Shown here one piece after another: positions 51,819-64,000 of a stretch of DNA of 64,000 bases. Made by a program: the position numbers and the translations under genes. The notes under the pieces are model-generated. The model was not told the origin of the DNA, searched no databases, and worked only from the letters and a program-made list of their open reading frames with translations. Position 1 is the stretch's first letter, and every line of letters begins with the position of its first letter. This DNA comes from Chara braunii. Taxonomy: Eukaryota; Plantae; Charophyceae. The DNA lies in NCBI GenBank assembly GCA_003427395.1, contig BFEA01000034.1:2337491-2401490 (forward strand). Reading direction: 5' to 3'.

Positions 51819-51837
51819 TGGCGTCGTTGTCGGGGAT
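51819..51837 (+). promoter_or_regulatory. Primer binding site, tRNA-Asp
   Basis: TGGCGTCGTTGTCGGGGAT, two C>T changes from TGGCGCCGTTGCCGGGGAT. Confidence 0.9.
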
Positions 51838-53884
51838 AACAATTGTTTGTCGTTGTCCCTGGTGGAACGACATCTGGGTAATATGGAAAAGTGAGAACTA
51901 GGTAAAAGGAGAAGTTTTCTCTGGACGTATAAGGTCGATTGCTTGATACCTTGACCATTGCTGAAAATGTCTTAAAACTGTGGCCTACGAGTGAAGTATT
52001 GATTTTAGTGTATGTGCGATTTACTTGGGGAAGAAAGTGTTTGCCTATATACTTAAGTTCTCTAACGCATATGATAGTGGTCTCAGCGAGCACCTTGCTA
52101 TCCTAAGTATCTTTTGATAATTGGGCAATACATGGCATGTTTGATGCGGCTTTGGTTGAGTTGAGGCAGCGTCCACATTGTTGGGTATGCCCACTACCGA
52201 AGCAAGCTCACTTAACAACTGTTAAAGCTACGAGGTTAGTGACTTATTACGGGAGTGATGAGCTAAGCCTACTTTGAGAGGTAAAGAAGTTAAGTTGAGA
52301 CATCTCCCCCTAGTTATTAAGGGGCCGCTTTAGAGGAGGCTTCTAGGACATGAACGACATGGATGAGGGGGTGATCGATAAGTGCGAAGTAAGGGGTTTG
52401 ATTGCAAGAATCTTTCCTTGAGTTCAGACTGAATTATGGTATGATAGGTACTGTGTACCTAGACCCATTGACAGTATCAGTTGGCGATAGGGTGAGTCAC
52501 TTGGAGATTGCCATGTTGTAGCTATAGATAAAGTTAAAGAAGTCGTGGTTACTTGATTAGCGGTGTGGCTAACCCGAAGAGAGACTTATGTTTTGAGTAT
52601 GGGTAATATATATGTATATATTTGTTTTTATGACAATTTTTATCTGGTTGATGCCATATATGTGTTTTTCTGTATTTTGTTTAATGTATGATTGATGACG
52701 TATGTACAGAATGTCTTTCAGAGGGGATATAGACTTTGCTTGAAACCCACATCTAGCATGGGACTAGAGGTGAATGGGGTGACTCATTCCTGGGGAAGGT
52801 AGTTCTTCCTCAAGGGAGTAAGTCAGCGTGTATATTTGTCCTCAGTAGAAGTGCACTCTTGAATTGTTACTCTCATCGTTGAGACTTAAGGAAGCAGTTA
52901 TCAGTCTCAAGAATGATAGTGAGACCCACGTCGGTTCCTGGTCCATTAGTGAGGTGTTGTTATCTTTCCTATGATATGAGAGTTACTACATCATCTGTTG
53001 AGAGAGGAGGAAGGAGCTTGTTACCTTGTCGGGACTGTGATGACCAAGTGGAACAACTAATGTTTAGTGAGAGCGGTTCTGGAGTAGCGACCTAGGCTCG
53101 TTTCCCATTAAGCAGGGCCACCATATTTGTAAAGGTGCGAATTCGCTATTCGTTGCCTTAATAGCTATGAATGGGGTTGTCCATCTGACCATGATTAGGT
53201 TCGGTGAGGTGTAAGCGCCGAAATCAGAGAGGGTTGCGGTGAGGCTTGATCTTTAGAGCGGGGCTCAAGAGTCAAGATGTTATCTCATGAGGATTACACA
53301 ACCCTTCTGTATTAAATGTTTTGCTTAAGAGTTGAATGGGTAACAATCGTATCATGTGATTTACCTATTACTGGTCCTATTGTTGCCTTATAGAATATGA
53401 AATGTGTTGTTGAGGTTTATCTTGTTATGTGATTGACAGTGGAGTTGGCTTCATGTTGTTGTTTATAAATTTTGCCATACTTTTCAGTTACAACCCTTGC
53501 CAATAAGTTGTGCCCATTATGTTGTGATTATTGTTATCAGTATGTGTTATTTATCATGAGTTGTACTTAATTTTGGATTCATGTTTGGAGTATCCACCTA
53601 TGTGACATATGTATATTGTGTCCTTCCTTGATAATGAAAATCATAAGTGGTTAATGCCTGAGTTATGATTTGAGGGATTTATAAGTGAGTATTTATGTTT
53701 TATTTTAGGTGGATATTTATTTAAAGACTCTCTTCTGTAACGTCATTGTTCTGAATAAAATTCTTATGTGCGCCTTAATGATGAGAACGAGACAACTTTA
53801 GTGGGGTATATTATACATTAGATTTGGTAAAGTGACTTCCTTCGAGCCTCGACCCTAACGTCGCTCGTTGTTGTTCAACAGGTG

Positions 53885-54999
53885 ATGGGGTCGAAGGAAC
53901 TCGAGATGGAAGACCCTCAAGGGAAGATTGGGGTCGAGGAACTCGCCTTGCTGCTGGGTCTGCGGGACCGGGAGTGAGACAACCTACTCAAGGTTGAGAT
54001 CGACTTCTTCAAGGGCTATCATATTTCTGACTTCCTTAATAAGTTTGAGCAGATAGCATCTCACTGCAAATGGAATGAGGAACATATGCTAAAGGAGGTT
54101 ATAAAGTATATCCAGAGCATATGCTAAAGGAGGTTATAAAGTATATCCATATAGGCTTGAAGGAGGAAGTCAGTGGGTTGGTTGGAAGAGTGGGGTCATC
54201 ATGGAGGAAGTTATATGATGACATGTTGAATAAGTACCGGCTAGGTGAGGAACAATTGACCAAGGACGATCTGGAGAAGATACACCGGTACAATTATGTG
54301 TCAGTAGGGCACTTCCTGATCGAGTATGAACGGGCATCCCGCAAGGTCTGGGCGTTGTTTGAATATGACAAATGTTCTGCTTTCCTTATAAATTTCACGG
54401 ATGTAGAGCAACGAAACTTGATTCGTGGGACAGAGGGAAGGCTTATATGGAACAAAATACGAGAAAATTTTGTAGAAGGTAGTTTCGATCAACACATCTA
54501 TCATACTTTGCGGGAAGCAAGGAAAAGAAAGGAGTCGGTGGATAATGAGAAGAGTGGGCATGATAAAAGGCCACATGACCTTGCAGCAGACACCTCTGAC
54601 AGTATGAGCGGTGAGTTTCAGAAGGATGTTAAGGTTGTCAAACGAAATCATAGATGGAGCAAAGAAAGAAAAAGAGAGTCATGCGTTGAGGGAGAAGAGG
54701 TGCAGGCTAGAGTGAGGGATGCTGCAGCTCATACCTGTGAGAGGACGTTTGACGCTCCAGACAAGAAAGGGACAAAGGAGGGAAGGGTTCAGGGAGAAGT
54801 TGGTATGGCTCTACTGCTTGCTGTATCTGATCTTAAAAACAGGTGTGACGACATGGGTGCGTCGTCAACTGCAAGTTAGAAAGGGCGGAAAAATAGCAGG
54901 CGGCAAGAACAGTGGTCGAAGGTAGTATGTGCTTGTTGTGGAAAAACTAGTCATACCCCTCGCAGATGTAAGATGGTGAAAAGAGGAATTGAAGGGTGA
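53885..54999 (+). pseudogene. gag: Degenerate gag (capsid-like N-terminus plus CX2CX4HX4C zinc knuckle)
   Basis: FKGYHISDFLNKFEQIASHCKWNEEHMLKEV, then a 35-bp duplication that frameshifts into the 54121-54879 ORF. One TAG separates that ORF from the in-frame CACCGKTSHTPRRC (54928-54969). Confidence 0.85.
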
Positions 55000-56087
55000 G
55001 ACTGTTGGACTTTAGGTGAGGGTTTGGTTCCTCCCAACAACTATCATCAATTTACTTGTCTCGCCTATAGCAAAAGAGAGGTGGAATGGTGTCAACACTT
55101 CTTAACGATTTATAAATAACTACTCGGAAGGCCGTGACGATGCAGGAGACTCAGTTGCTAGATTAATAGGCAACCATCTGCTTATTTTGCTTTTAAGCTT
55201 AGTCTCCAAGTTTTATGAGATATAAAATTTATCTTGTATATATCTCTGATCTCGGATGAGACTCCTTACTTTTGAGATTGTGCATACGTTCTAGGTGTGA
55301 CTATCCACTTTCTAAAGCTGATTTTTAGGTTTGCTTGAATGCCAGTGGAGGTCTTGTGAGGTTTTATTGTCCGTAAGCTGACGCTCTTTCATCTTTGCGA
55401 GAACAGTTGGGATCGTTTTGTGTATATCAGTATTTTATGACTTATATAGTATATTATACAAGGTCTTTTGTCTTTGATTGGAACCTGGGATTGTGATGAC
55501 TTGAGGCTTGTTAAAATTCAAGACTCGAGATAATATGATGTTTTCCTTAGAACAACCTTGGTATGGGTTTTGATTTTCCCGGGGTGCAGGATTGTGTACG
55601 TTCTGGTTGTCATTGACATTTTCACCATTGTGGTCTTGTGGGTTCTCGACTTTTATTTTATTTGACGTATGAGAAAAAAAAGAATAACAATGTGAAGTAA
55701 AAGGGTGGATGAAGTGTGCGAACCAAAAAAGGTTCAATGAAGTGAAGAAAGCGTGATTTTTGAAGTGAAAGATTTATGGGAGACTTGAAGAGTCCAGAAA
55801 ATTATATGTAGAGAGAGGTTATGCGTGAAGGCAGCCTGAGTGTTTATTGGTTTCATCTGGACTCATCTTCAAGTGTAAGATATTTTTAAAGATTATATGG
55901 ATGGTCCATCCATGAGTGAGAGGATGGTTGAAGGAATTTTATGGTTGATTCCCTTTCAAGTGGGAAGGGGTCTTAATAAATTTTATGGAAGGCCCATCCT
56001 TGAGTGGCAGGGTGGTTTGAAAGATTTTTATAATATAAGAGTTTTATCCTCCGCCATAATCGACAACTTCATACTGTTGGTTCTCAA

Positions 56088-56435
56088 CTGCCGGTGGGGG
56101 CGTCGTCTGCGGCAGGGAAACCCGCCGGATTCTGGGACCCCTCATGTTTGGCCTTTGGTTGTGAGTCACATGTGATTTTTGTACGTGGCAGAGGGTAAGG
56201 AAAGAAACGCCATAATCGGCATCCCCGTTTGTTTAAGTCATATGATAACCGGTGGACGGTCACATGCGGCAGGGAAACCCGACAGATTCAGGGACCCTTC
56301 ACTTAGCTTGTTATGTGCTGCAAACGGTCTAGCGTGCGACTGTGATTTCCATGATTAAGAGGATTACGTTTTGACTAACAGCCGGCAGGAGCGTCATCTG
56401 TGACTAAGAAACCCACCTGATTTTGGGGATCCTCC
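56088..56435 (+). repeat. Three ~55-bp structured repeats in the 3' internal region
   Basis: CCGGYRG...GTC...TGYGRC.A.GAAACCC....GATT..GGGA.CC at about 56091, 56249 and 56382. Confidence 0.75.
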
Positions 56436-57387
56436 AATGGGCTTTAGTTTTGTTGAAAGTGGCGTTGTCAATGAGTGTGAAATAAGTGAGTTTTTTGGAA
56501 AAAGATTATGAGAGTTTGCTCACTGAGCAAAGCTTAAGGATGAGATTGACAAGGTGTATGATAAAAGCGAAAAACCCTACTCAGAAAAGTAGGAATTATG
56601 GGCAAAAAGGGTGATTTTTCTTTATTTTCAAAGATTTAAGGAACACCTCCACCCATCTATTTGGAGAATAAGTCAAATAAGTGACTTTTGAGTCACAGTA
56701 ATGGATTGTGAGATCGGGCTTAACGGGGCCCTACCCATAAGGTACATTTGTGGTATGTATGATGGGGTCAAACACCCTAATCTTCTAGATTAGTTAAAAG
56801 ATTGAGGTGTCTGATTAATCCCCACAATGGGGTGATCCTTTGGGGAAGAGCTAAAAAAGGAGTATATAGATCCATTGAATTTGAGTAATTGATGTGTGAA
56901 AAGAAAAGGAGCTAAATAAAGATTGAGATCCTGGATTTTGACCTACCACTGAGTTTGAGTTTTAGCTAATGGTGGGATGATCAGTGTGTCCGGCGCGATA
57001 AAATATCGTTCCAAGAGACCGGAAGTATTGTAATCTTAAAGTTTGGCATTGAATGACTTCCTATCCGTAATTGTAGTAGGTGGAAAGTGGTTTTATCCAC
57101 TTTGTTAAATTAAAGGTTAAAGAGTGTCTGTGCTTAACTGATTATTCGACTATTGTAGATTTCTATCTTGATCAGGAATTGAAATGATAGTTCTTTAACC
57201 GTTGATTTTTGTCCATGTCTTGTGAGGAGTCGAGATTTGGAGCGGATACAACTAGATGACCGTTTTGGTCGAAGTTAAGAACTCGAGGAAGTTATCATAT
57301 ACTTTTTCTAAGGACTATGTTTTAATAGTACTTAGTTTGAAGTACCTGTTGCGACGGGGACGTCGCTTAATAGTGTCCGGGCTAGGC

Positions 57388-60300
57388 TGTCGTACCAAAC
57401 ACCCCTACAAGGGTATTTGGCGTGTTTTTTGCAAGTTACGGCAGTGCAGCCTTGACCGTATAACGCCGCTCGCGCGAGATGAATCTTAAGATCTCGCTTG
57501 GGTGAGCGGGTCACGGGGGGTATTGACGACGAGCGGCAACCATACGCTGCCTGGGTGTGCACGGCGTTGCGGACCAACGGGACGCGTGGCGTTCATTTTT
57601 ATTTTAATTGTTTATTTATTTGTCTGTCTTTTTTTTTTTCTAAAGTCTTTTAGTTCAGTGGTTGATTCCGAGGTCAACGTCGGGACCGACGGGCCTGGCT
57701 CAGTTATTAGATTGTCGGACACGGGAGGTCGTCGTGCTAGTCGAGGAGCTTGAGCACTTTTTCGATGGGTCCGTGTGTTCGGGATACTGGCGAAGGTCCT
57801 CCATTACGTGGTTGCTGAGAACGGGGCGCGGTCAGGGTTTGAGTTCATAATTACATTTGAGGAAAATGGGCCCGTAATGTTGAACGTATATGACCTATGT
57901 TCGGGTCCGGCGAGGTCGCGTAGGGGTGTGATATAGTCGCGGGATTGCCTGGAGTGCGATTTGTTCTCGAGACTGCGCAGAGGTTACCCCTTTATAATAT
58001 TATGGGCAACCCCGTAGCAGCCACATCTGGGCTCAAACCTCCAACGAGGGGGAGCGACACCCACCAGCAGGTGCGATACCTGGTGCAGCAGGTAGGAAAA
58101 ACTGGTCAGGGGTCGACCGGTAGTATCAGGGCCGGGCTTCGTTTATAGGGCAGTTGTTGTGCCTCCCCTCAGGTCCCTTTCCACTATGAGCACCGAGGCA
58201 GTCGCTGCTCAGTGCCACTTAGGGAGGACCAACGACATATCTCTAGGTAGCAGGCGTGGGTCCAGACGGGCAGCGTCGGGGAACAGTGCTCGAAGCGACG
58301 GTGCAAGCGGCCGGTGGGTAGACCGCTGCAAGGCACTGTCGGGTTGAAACAGGTAAGGACGAGCTGGCTGGGCAGCGTTGCGTTAGCAACAGCAGATAGC
58401 GCTAAGGGCACTGAAGTGAGGCGGCGAGTGGTAAGACTATGAGCGGGAGCCAGCAGGGCAGGCTGGATAGCCCTGTGCAACAGTTGGCGGAGCGACCAGC
58501 AGCGGGGCAGGCCGGATAGCGCTGTGCAACAGCGGGCGGAGCGATAACACAGTAGAGACAAGCAGCAGAGGGGAGCGAAGTGCCAAAGAGGGGAACGAAC
58601 CCGGGCTGGAAAGTGTGTCGGGTGCATGTGAGGAGCCGCGGGCTGTGGATAAAAGATAAGGGTCCGGACGCAAAAAGTGCGCTGAGTGCAGACAGAGGGG
58701 AAGACGGTCGGGGAAAACAACTGAGCACAAAGAATGAATCCGGACGCAAAATCGCGCCGGATGCATGCGGAGAATGGAAGAAGTGGCTATGGCAGGAACC
58801 AAAACTGCTTAACACACCGGATCCTTGACAGATTTGGAAGAGGAAAAGTAGTAGATAGGGGTTTATTGGAGGGGCGAACCTATTGGAAACGTTAGATTAG
58901 CATAAGCGTTAATGTTAGAAAAGTTAGGAGGGAAAAGCACCGCGCGGAGATATGGTGGAAGGAAGAAAGAAGGAGATGGAGCGCGAGATCGTCGTAACTC
59001 AGTCAATCCTAGACCGTTTTTTGCGAAGTAGGGTGGGATTCCACGATTTTTTGCCAAGGCGAATCTATTGGTGAGGTTAGTTCCTAGTGTTAATGAATAG
59101 ATTTTGAGATACGAAGGAATGGAGCCGCGTGATGATACTGTGAGAGACGGAGGTGGTGAGAGTGATTGTCACGGAGCTCGATCAGTTCTTGATGAAAAGG
59201 GGCAAGGAAAGATGTTGGATGGGGGTTTTGGGATGCTGAGAGCAGGATGGTGAAGTTAGATTTGGGAAGGGGGTTGTAGGTTTCGTGTCATGATGAGCAT
59301 AGGCTGCGTCGGGGGAGTAATTGGTTGAATATGGAATGAATCTACCCGCATGTTAGGGGCAGATTCATTCGATTCTACTCATCCTAACTACCTGGGAGAG
59401 AGGGACTTTCCTGCACAAACACGCCGTCATTCTTAAACAGTGTGACTTTTGCGGGTGGTCTTCCTCGTGAAGATGCAGTCGGTGTTGTTGCAGTAGTTGT
59501 TGTACAGTTAAACCCGGTCGAGATCCGGGGCAGGTGATCAGAAACAGGAGATAAAAAGGGGGGGGATAAAGAAAGCGGGAGGCCACGGAGCAACAGCGAG
59601 CGGGATTGCCTAGTGCCCGCATGTGTCTTCCTGCCTTCCGGCGGAAGGTTCATTCAATTTTACTTATAAGCTTCTATAGAAGCTTGCATGAGGTGACCGG
59701 GCGGGGTTGGAAACTTACCTGTTGCCCAGTGCGATGCTCGTCCTAGCAGCTAAAGGTCCGGAAGAGAGAGAGAGGGAGAGAGAGAGAGAGGTCACTTACA
59801 AACTTACCTGTTGCCCGATGCGATGCTCGTCCCAGCGGCTGAAGGTCCGGAAGAGAGAGAGAGGGAGAGAGAGAGAGAGAGAGAGGTCACTTACCTAGGC
59901 AGGGAAGGAGGCGGGATCGGAGGATGCCACCCATCGAGCCGGGCATATCGAGATGGGGGTCGCTCGGTTCGGGACGCCTGTGTTGCTCGTAGGTGATGAC
60001 GGGCGTTCGTCGGAGTGAGTCCCAGGCTCATTGGATGATGGGAGCCAACAATCTGCGGGTTTCAATTGTGATATGAGTTGGTCATGTGCTGCTTCGCTCC
60101 GTGTTGGATGTGTGGACTTCCTCGTCTAAACCCCGCCGCTGCCCTGCGGCCTGTGTCCCGCTTGCTTGCATGTGGTTCTTTGCGGGTTGCTGAGTTCGCT
60201 GTGCGGTGTGACCGGGTTGTTGGTGTTGCCTCGTGCCCCGCTGCTTTGCTGCCTTACTGCTCATCGGCAGGTGGTACTTACCTGAACGGGCCGATACACA

Positions 60301-63300
60301 CTTACAAGAAGGCGAACATGCTAAGAGGGCCTGCTGCGAGTGAGTATGGTCAGCGCCCGCTTCTCCATGCTGAGAAGGAGTAACCTGCGTTGTCAGTACA
60401 AGTGAAGTTGTTTTCAAGGCATGCTGCAATATGTACTGTGGGTGGAACCCAGACTATACCAGGGGACAATCGGGAGTCTGAGAAACGGTCATTACTGAAA
60501 ATTGAAGAGTCGGCCAGTGGGTTGTTACGGTGAACAGTTGGGCTGTTGCAGTGTAGTTTGTGCTCCGTCGTGAGTAGACGGCGAACTTACTGTGGATCCT
60601 CCTAAATTACTGAACACATTGTTAGGCCTGCGAGGTGTGTCGTGTGTGTGTTGGGTGTTGCGCCTGTAGGGCTCATTGCACATCGGTAAGGTCGAACAGG
60701 GTGGCATTATGCATGGCTACGGGGCGGATTGCTGAACACGGTTGTTGTGTGCGCCGACAACTATCTTAGACTGCACATCGTGGTTAGTCCAACTAGCAAA
60801 AGGGGATCATTGCTGCAAATTGGAGAGTAGCTAGGGAGTCAATAGGTGGCAGTTTAACTATAGCTGACGAAGTAGGTTGTGTTTTGCTGGGGGTTGACTA
60901 CGCATCACCAGCCTTTTGATATAGTGTGAGAGAGATGTGCACTAGTGTCAAGTGACCGTGCCACTTGAGATTGAGGCAGGGGGACTTCGAGACACGATCA
61001 GGCTTGTGAAGGGGGGTTATTACCGCGAGTTGGAGGATTGTCATGAGGGTCAACAGTCGGTGATTGACTTCAGTTTGACCATACTGCTGCGCATTCTGGC
61101 TGCCATTGCGGAGCCCTCAGGCGTATCCAGATATCAAGTCCCTCTACTGGGAGTTGAGTCAGTCTTATTCCTGTATCTCGAGAGTCTGAAGCCCCTCTTT
61201 CTACCCTTCTGACTCTAAGTCTAATCTATTGGTTCTGAGAGGAAGGCGGTAGGCGGGGTTGCAACCCGTAGGACCACAGCAAGACTCTTTGGGGAGCCCA
61301 CCCACCGACTGGGGAAACTCTGCCTGAACCTAGGCGAGGTTCTGGAGGCAGGGAACTATCAGGTATACATTCTTCTCTCTGTATGACCCCACTATACCCA
61401 TGTTTGACTACTCCCCTTTTGTTTGACTGACGTATGCATGATTGCCCCTATGACTTTGCTTTCTTCCAAGACCTAATCAGACCGAATGGAAGGAATGTAT
61501 GAGAGTGAAGCGTAAGTTTTAATTTTTTTTTGATTGAATGCAGACAAAGNNNNNNNNNNNNNNNNNNNNNNNNNTTTGCTTTCTTCCAAGACCTAATCAG
61601 ACCGAATGGAAGGAATGTATGAGAGTGAAGCGTAAGTTTTAATTTTTTTTTGATTGAATGCAGACAAAGAAATGAACTGGGGGAAGGTGGGAGAAAGGTA
61701 GACTGCATGCGTTTGACCGGGTCAACCAAAGACTTAGCATTGTTTCTAAGCTGAATGGCTCAGGGCTATGTTCATTTGGCTGTTTTTTGAAGGGCCAGAC
61801 ATTGTTTCTAAGCTGAATGACCTGGTTGCTGTGTTCAATTTCTGAGGGTTTGCCTGATTGGAACGATTTATGGTCTTGTTTATTCTGAGGGAGGATTCTG
61901 ATCTAAGGCTGAGCATTGTTTCTAAGCTGAATGGTTTAGCCTGAAAACCACGCACATAAGTACAAACTGAGTATAAAGGGAAGTACTTTATTTATATTTG
62001 CATGTGAACTGGCAGGTTGGCAGCTGGACATTGTTTCCAAGCCGAATGGTCCAACGCTGAGCCATATCACTAAGAAGAGAATGAAAATTACAGAGTATAA
62101 TTGGAAATAGTCTGGGCAAGTTGAACATTGTTTCCAAGCCGAATGGTTCAGTCCCCTGCCCATATTTGCACTTTTTTTTGAGAACAAAGTCAGAAAAATA
62201 TTAAACTTTGCATATTAAACAGTTCAGGGCGGTCAAGCATTATTTCCAAGCCGAATAGTCTAGTCAAATGGCCAAAGAAGAAAGAAGTAGTAGTACAACC
62301 TGTTCGTGTATATCCTAAGGGACGCTGGACATTGTTTCTAAGTCGAATGGTCTAGCACTTGTTTCATATGTAACTTGGGTATAAGGGTCGAATTACTTGG
62401 AGATTTATAAACTATTTTATGTAAATTGACATTAGGATGGTGAGAGTACTTACGTTTGTGGTTTGACCTACATGTGGCTTAGTGAGATTACTACTTGGTC
62501 TGAGTTTCAGTTTGACATGTAGTTGTTTTATATGCTTACCACGTGGTAGAGTCATATGAGTTAGTTTTGATTCCTGCAATTTCTGGATTTTATGGGATCA
62601 TTTATTATACTTGGTCTTGTTTAAATTTCGGTAAGCCACTTTCTCCACAGGAAGCGCTGCTGAAATTTTCATAAAACCAAGGAGTTAGTCAAAATTTGAC
62701 TTTTCAAAGTTCAACTTGTCTAATCTTTGTATATGGCTTAGTAAAAATATGGAAAGTCTTCGTTTCTAAAAGGAATGCTGCCCAAATTTTTGCTAAATCA
62801 GGAAGTTAGATAAAATTTGACTTTGAAAAGTTGAAGATCATTTTTGTTTTGATATTCGGGCTGATATAAATTCTGAAAAGACACTTTTCCTACGGGAAGC
62901 GCTGCCAAAAGTTTCTTAGTGTAGAGGAGATAGATTATATTTTGACAGGTGGCGACTTTGGCGATCCACCCTGTATGGGGGAGATTCTGCCATAGGTCTA
63001 CCTTTCTTTGGGCACTGGCTTAGAGGCAGACCTAGGCTTGGCTAGCAGGAGAGTTTTGAGTAAGAACGTGTCATGGACATTTGATCTCCATACATGGATG
63101 ATTTAGCTTGGACATTGACCTGTTTTATGATACAGGCCTTCTTTGGACATTCGATCCAGGATTTTGACTACTTCCAACTTGATCTTACGAGGATCATCTT
63201 CTGTTATCCCTGATAACAGGTTGGTTGGTTGATGACCGATTTGTTGGCTCATGACACAACTTTGTTTGCATCTGTACCTCAACTTGATTGTCTTAGCCCT

Positions 63301-64000
63301 GTGATTTGATATATTTCTTTGAGGGTTTTAACCAGACTTCTTTTAAATGACCATTATAAAGAATTTGTGAGATTTACGGAGATTTGGACTATGACTGGGG
63401 CTTGAGTATGCGAGGCATGGTACAAGTTACAGGAAACAGTAAAATTGACCACATTGGTGTATGGCAATGTGGCTATTGTGTGTGTGTGTATGTTTTATGC
63501 ACGTTAGTATTTTGGAGCTAGATATGTGAGCCGTACCTTGGAGAGAATGACAACCATGTGACGCACGATCTGAATACCTGATGGGTTTATGTTTCCCGTT
63601 CTTTTATTTTATCTCGAGTCTTGATTTGATATATGAGTGTTGTATGTTTATTTATTTACTGATTGATTTTGCTTATTAATTTTGATGGTTGGACGTTGTA
63701 GTCCGTGGCAACCGTCAAAGTCAAACCCTTTGACTTCTTTTCAGACCCTGGACGATAAAGATGGTCTCCAGGGCGATAAGAGACGATTGCCACCACAGGT
63801 ATGAACCTGTGTACCACCCACTCTCCGAAGGGTGCAGTAGAGGGTGTGGTTCTCAACCGCACTTGGCGGTTATCCAGCGTCGCGGCGAGTGTCAGCCGAC
63901 ACTTGAGTATCAAATGCAACCCTCGAGATTAACGAGGACCGCTTGAGTATGGGTACTATATAGTACGCCATCATTGTGACTGCTTGCGAATTCTTGCATC
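57388..64000 (+). repeat. 3' LTR (incomplete)
   Basis: Direct repeat of 44560 onward. Confidence 0.92.
61730..62358 (+). repeat. Array of 7 hairpin units
   Basis: Same core as the 14343-15789 array. Confidence 0.88.

Larger units (their letters stand above)
44560..64000 (+). mobile_element. Non-autonomous Ty3/gypsy-type LTR element with gag only (TR-GAG/LARD-like); runs off the window end
   Basis: Two long direct repeats starting TGTCGTACCAAACAC (44560 and 57388), a PBS, and a gag remnant with a CCHC knuckle. No PR/RT/RH/IN motifs were seen. Confidence 0.92.

Noticed and set aside
61455-61669. Tandem duplication in the 3' LTR
   Set aside because: Identical copies on either side of an N gap, most likely a scaffolding overlap.

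Overview
Eukaryotic, gene-free heterochromatin-like window, probably streptophyte. The evidence is a plant-type U2 stem IIb, a plant tRNA-Asp PBS and plant-type LSU rRNA fragments; a Chara-like host is only a guess. Almost all of it is a nested stack of one lineage of Ty3/gypsy-type LTR retroelements with giant LTRs (about 7-10 kb, TGTC...GACA termini, apparent 4-bp TSDs). One copy is nearly complete: 5' LTR 44560-51816, tRNA-Asp PBS, degenerate gag, no pol, and a 3' LTR from 57388 that runs off the window. Solo LTRs, truncated copies, two hAT-like MITEs and a poly(A)-tailed non-LTR insertion are nested in between. The most striking non-coding signals are: (1) arrays of hairpins with a constant core and covarying outer stems in five LTRs; (2) two homologous type III hammerhead ribozymes in small (TA)n-associated inserts; (3) captured 28S rRNA, tRNA-like and U2 snRNA fragments. 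No intact host protein-coding gene was recognised. All alignments were done by eye, so boundaries may be off by a few bases.
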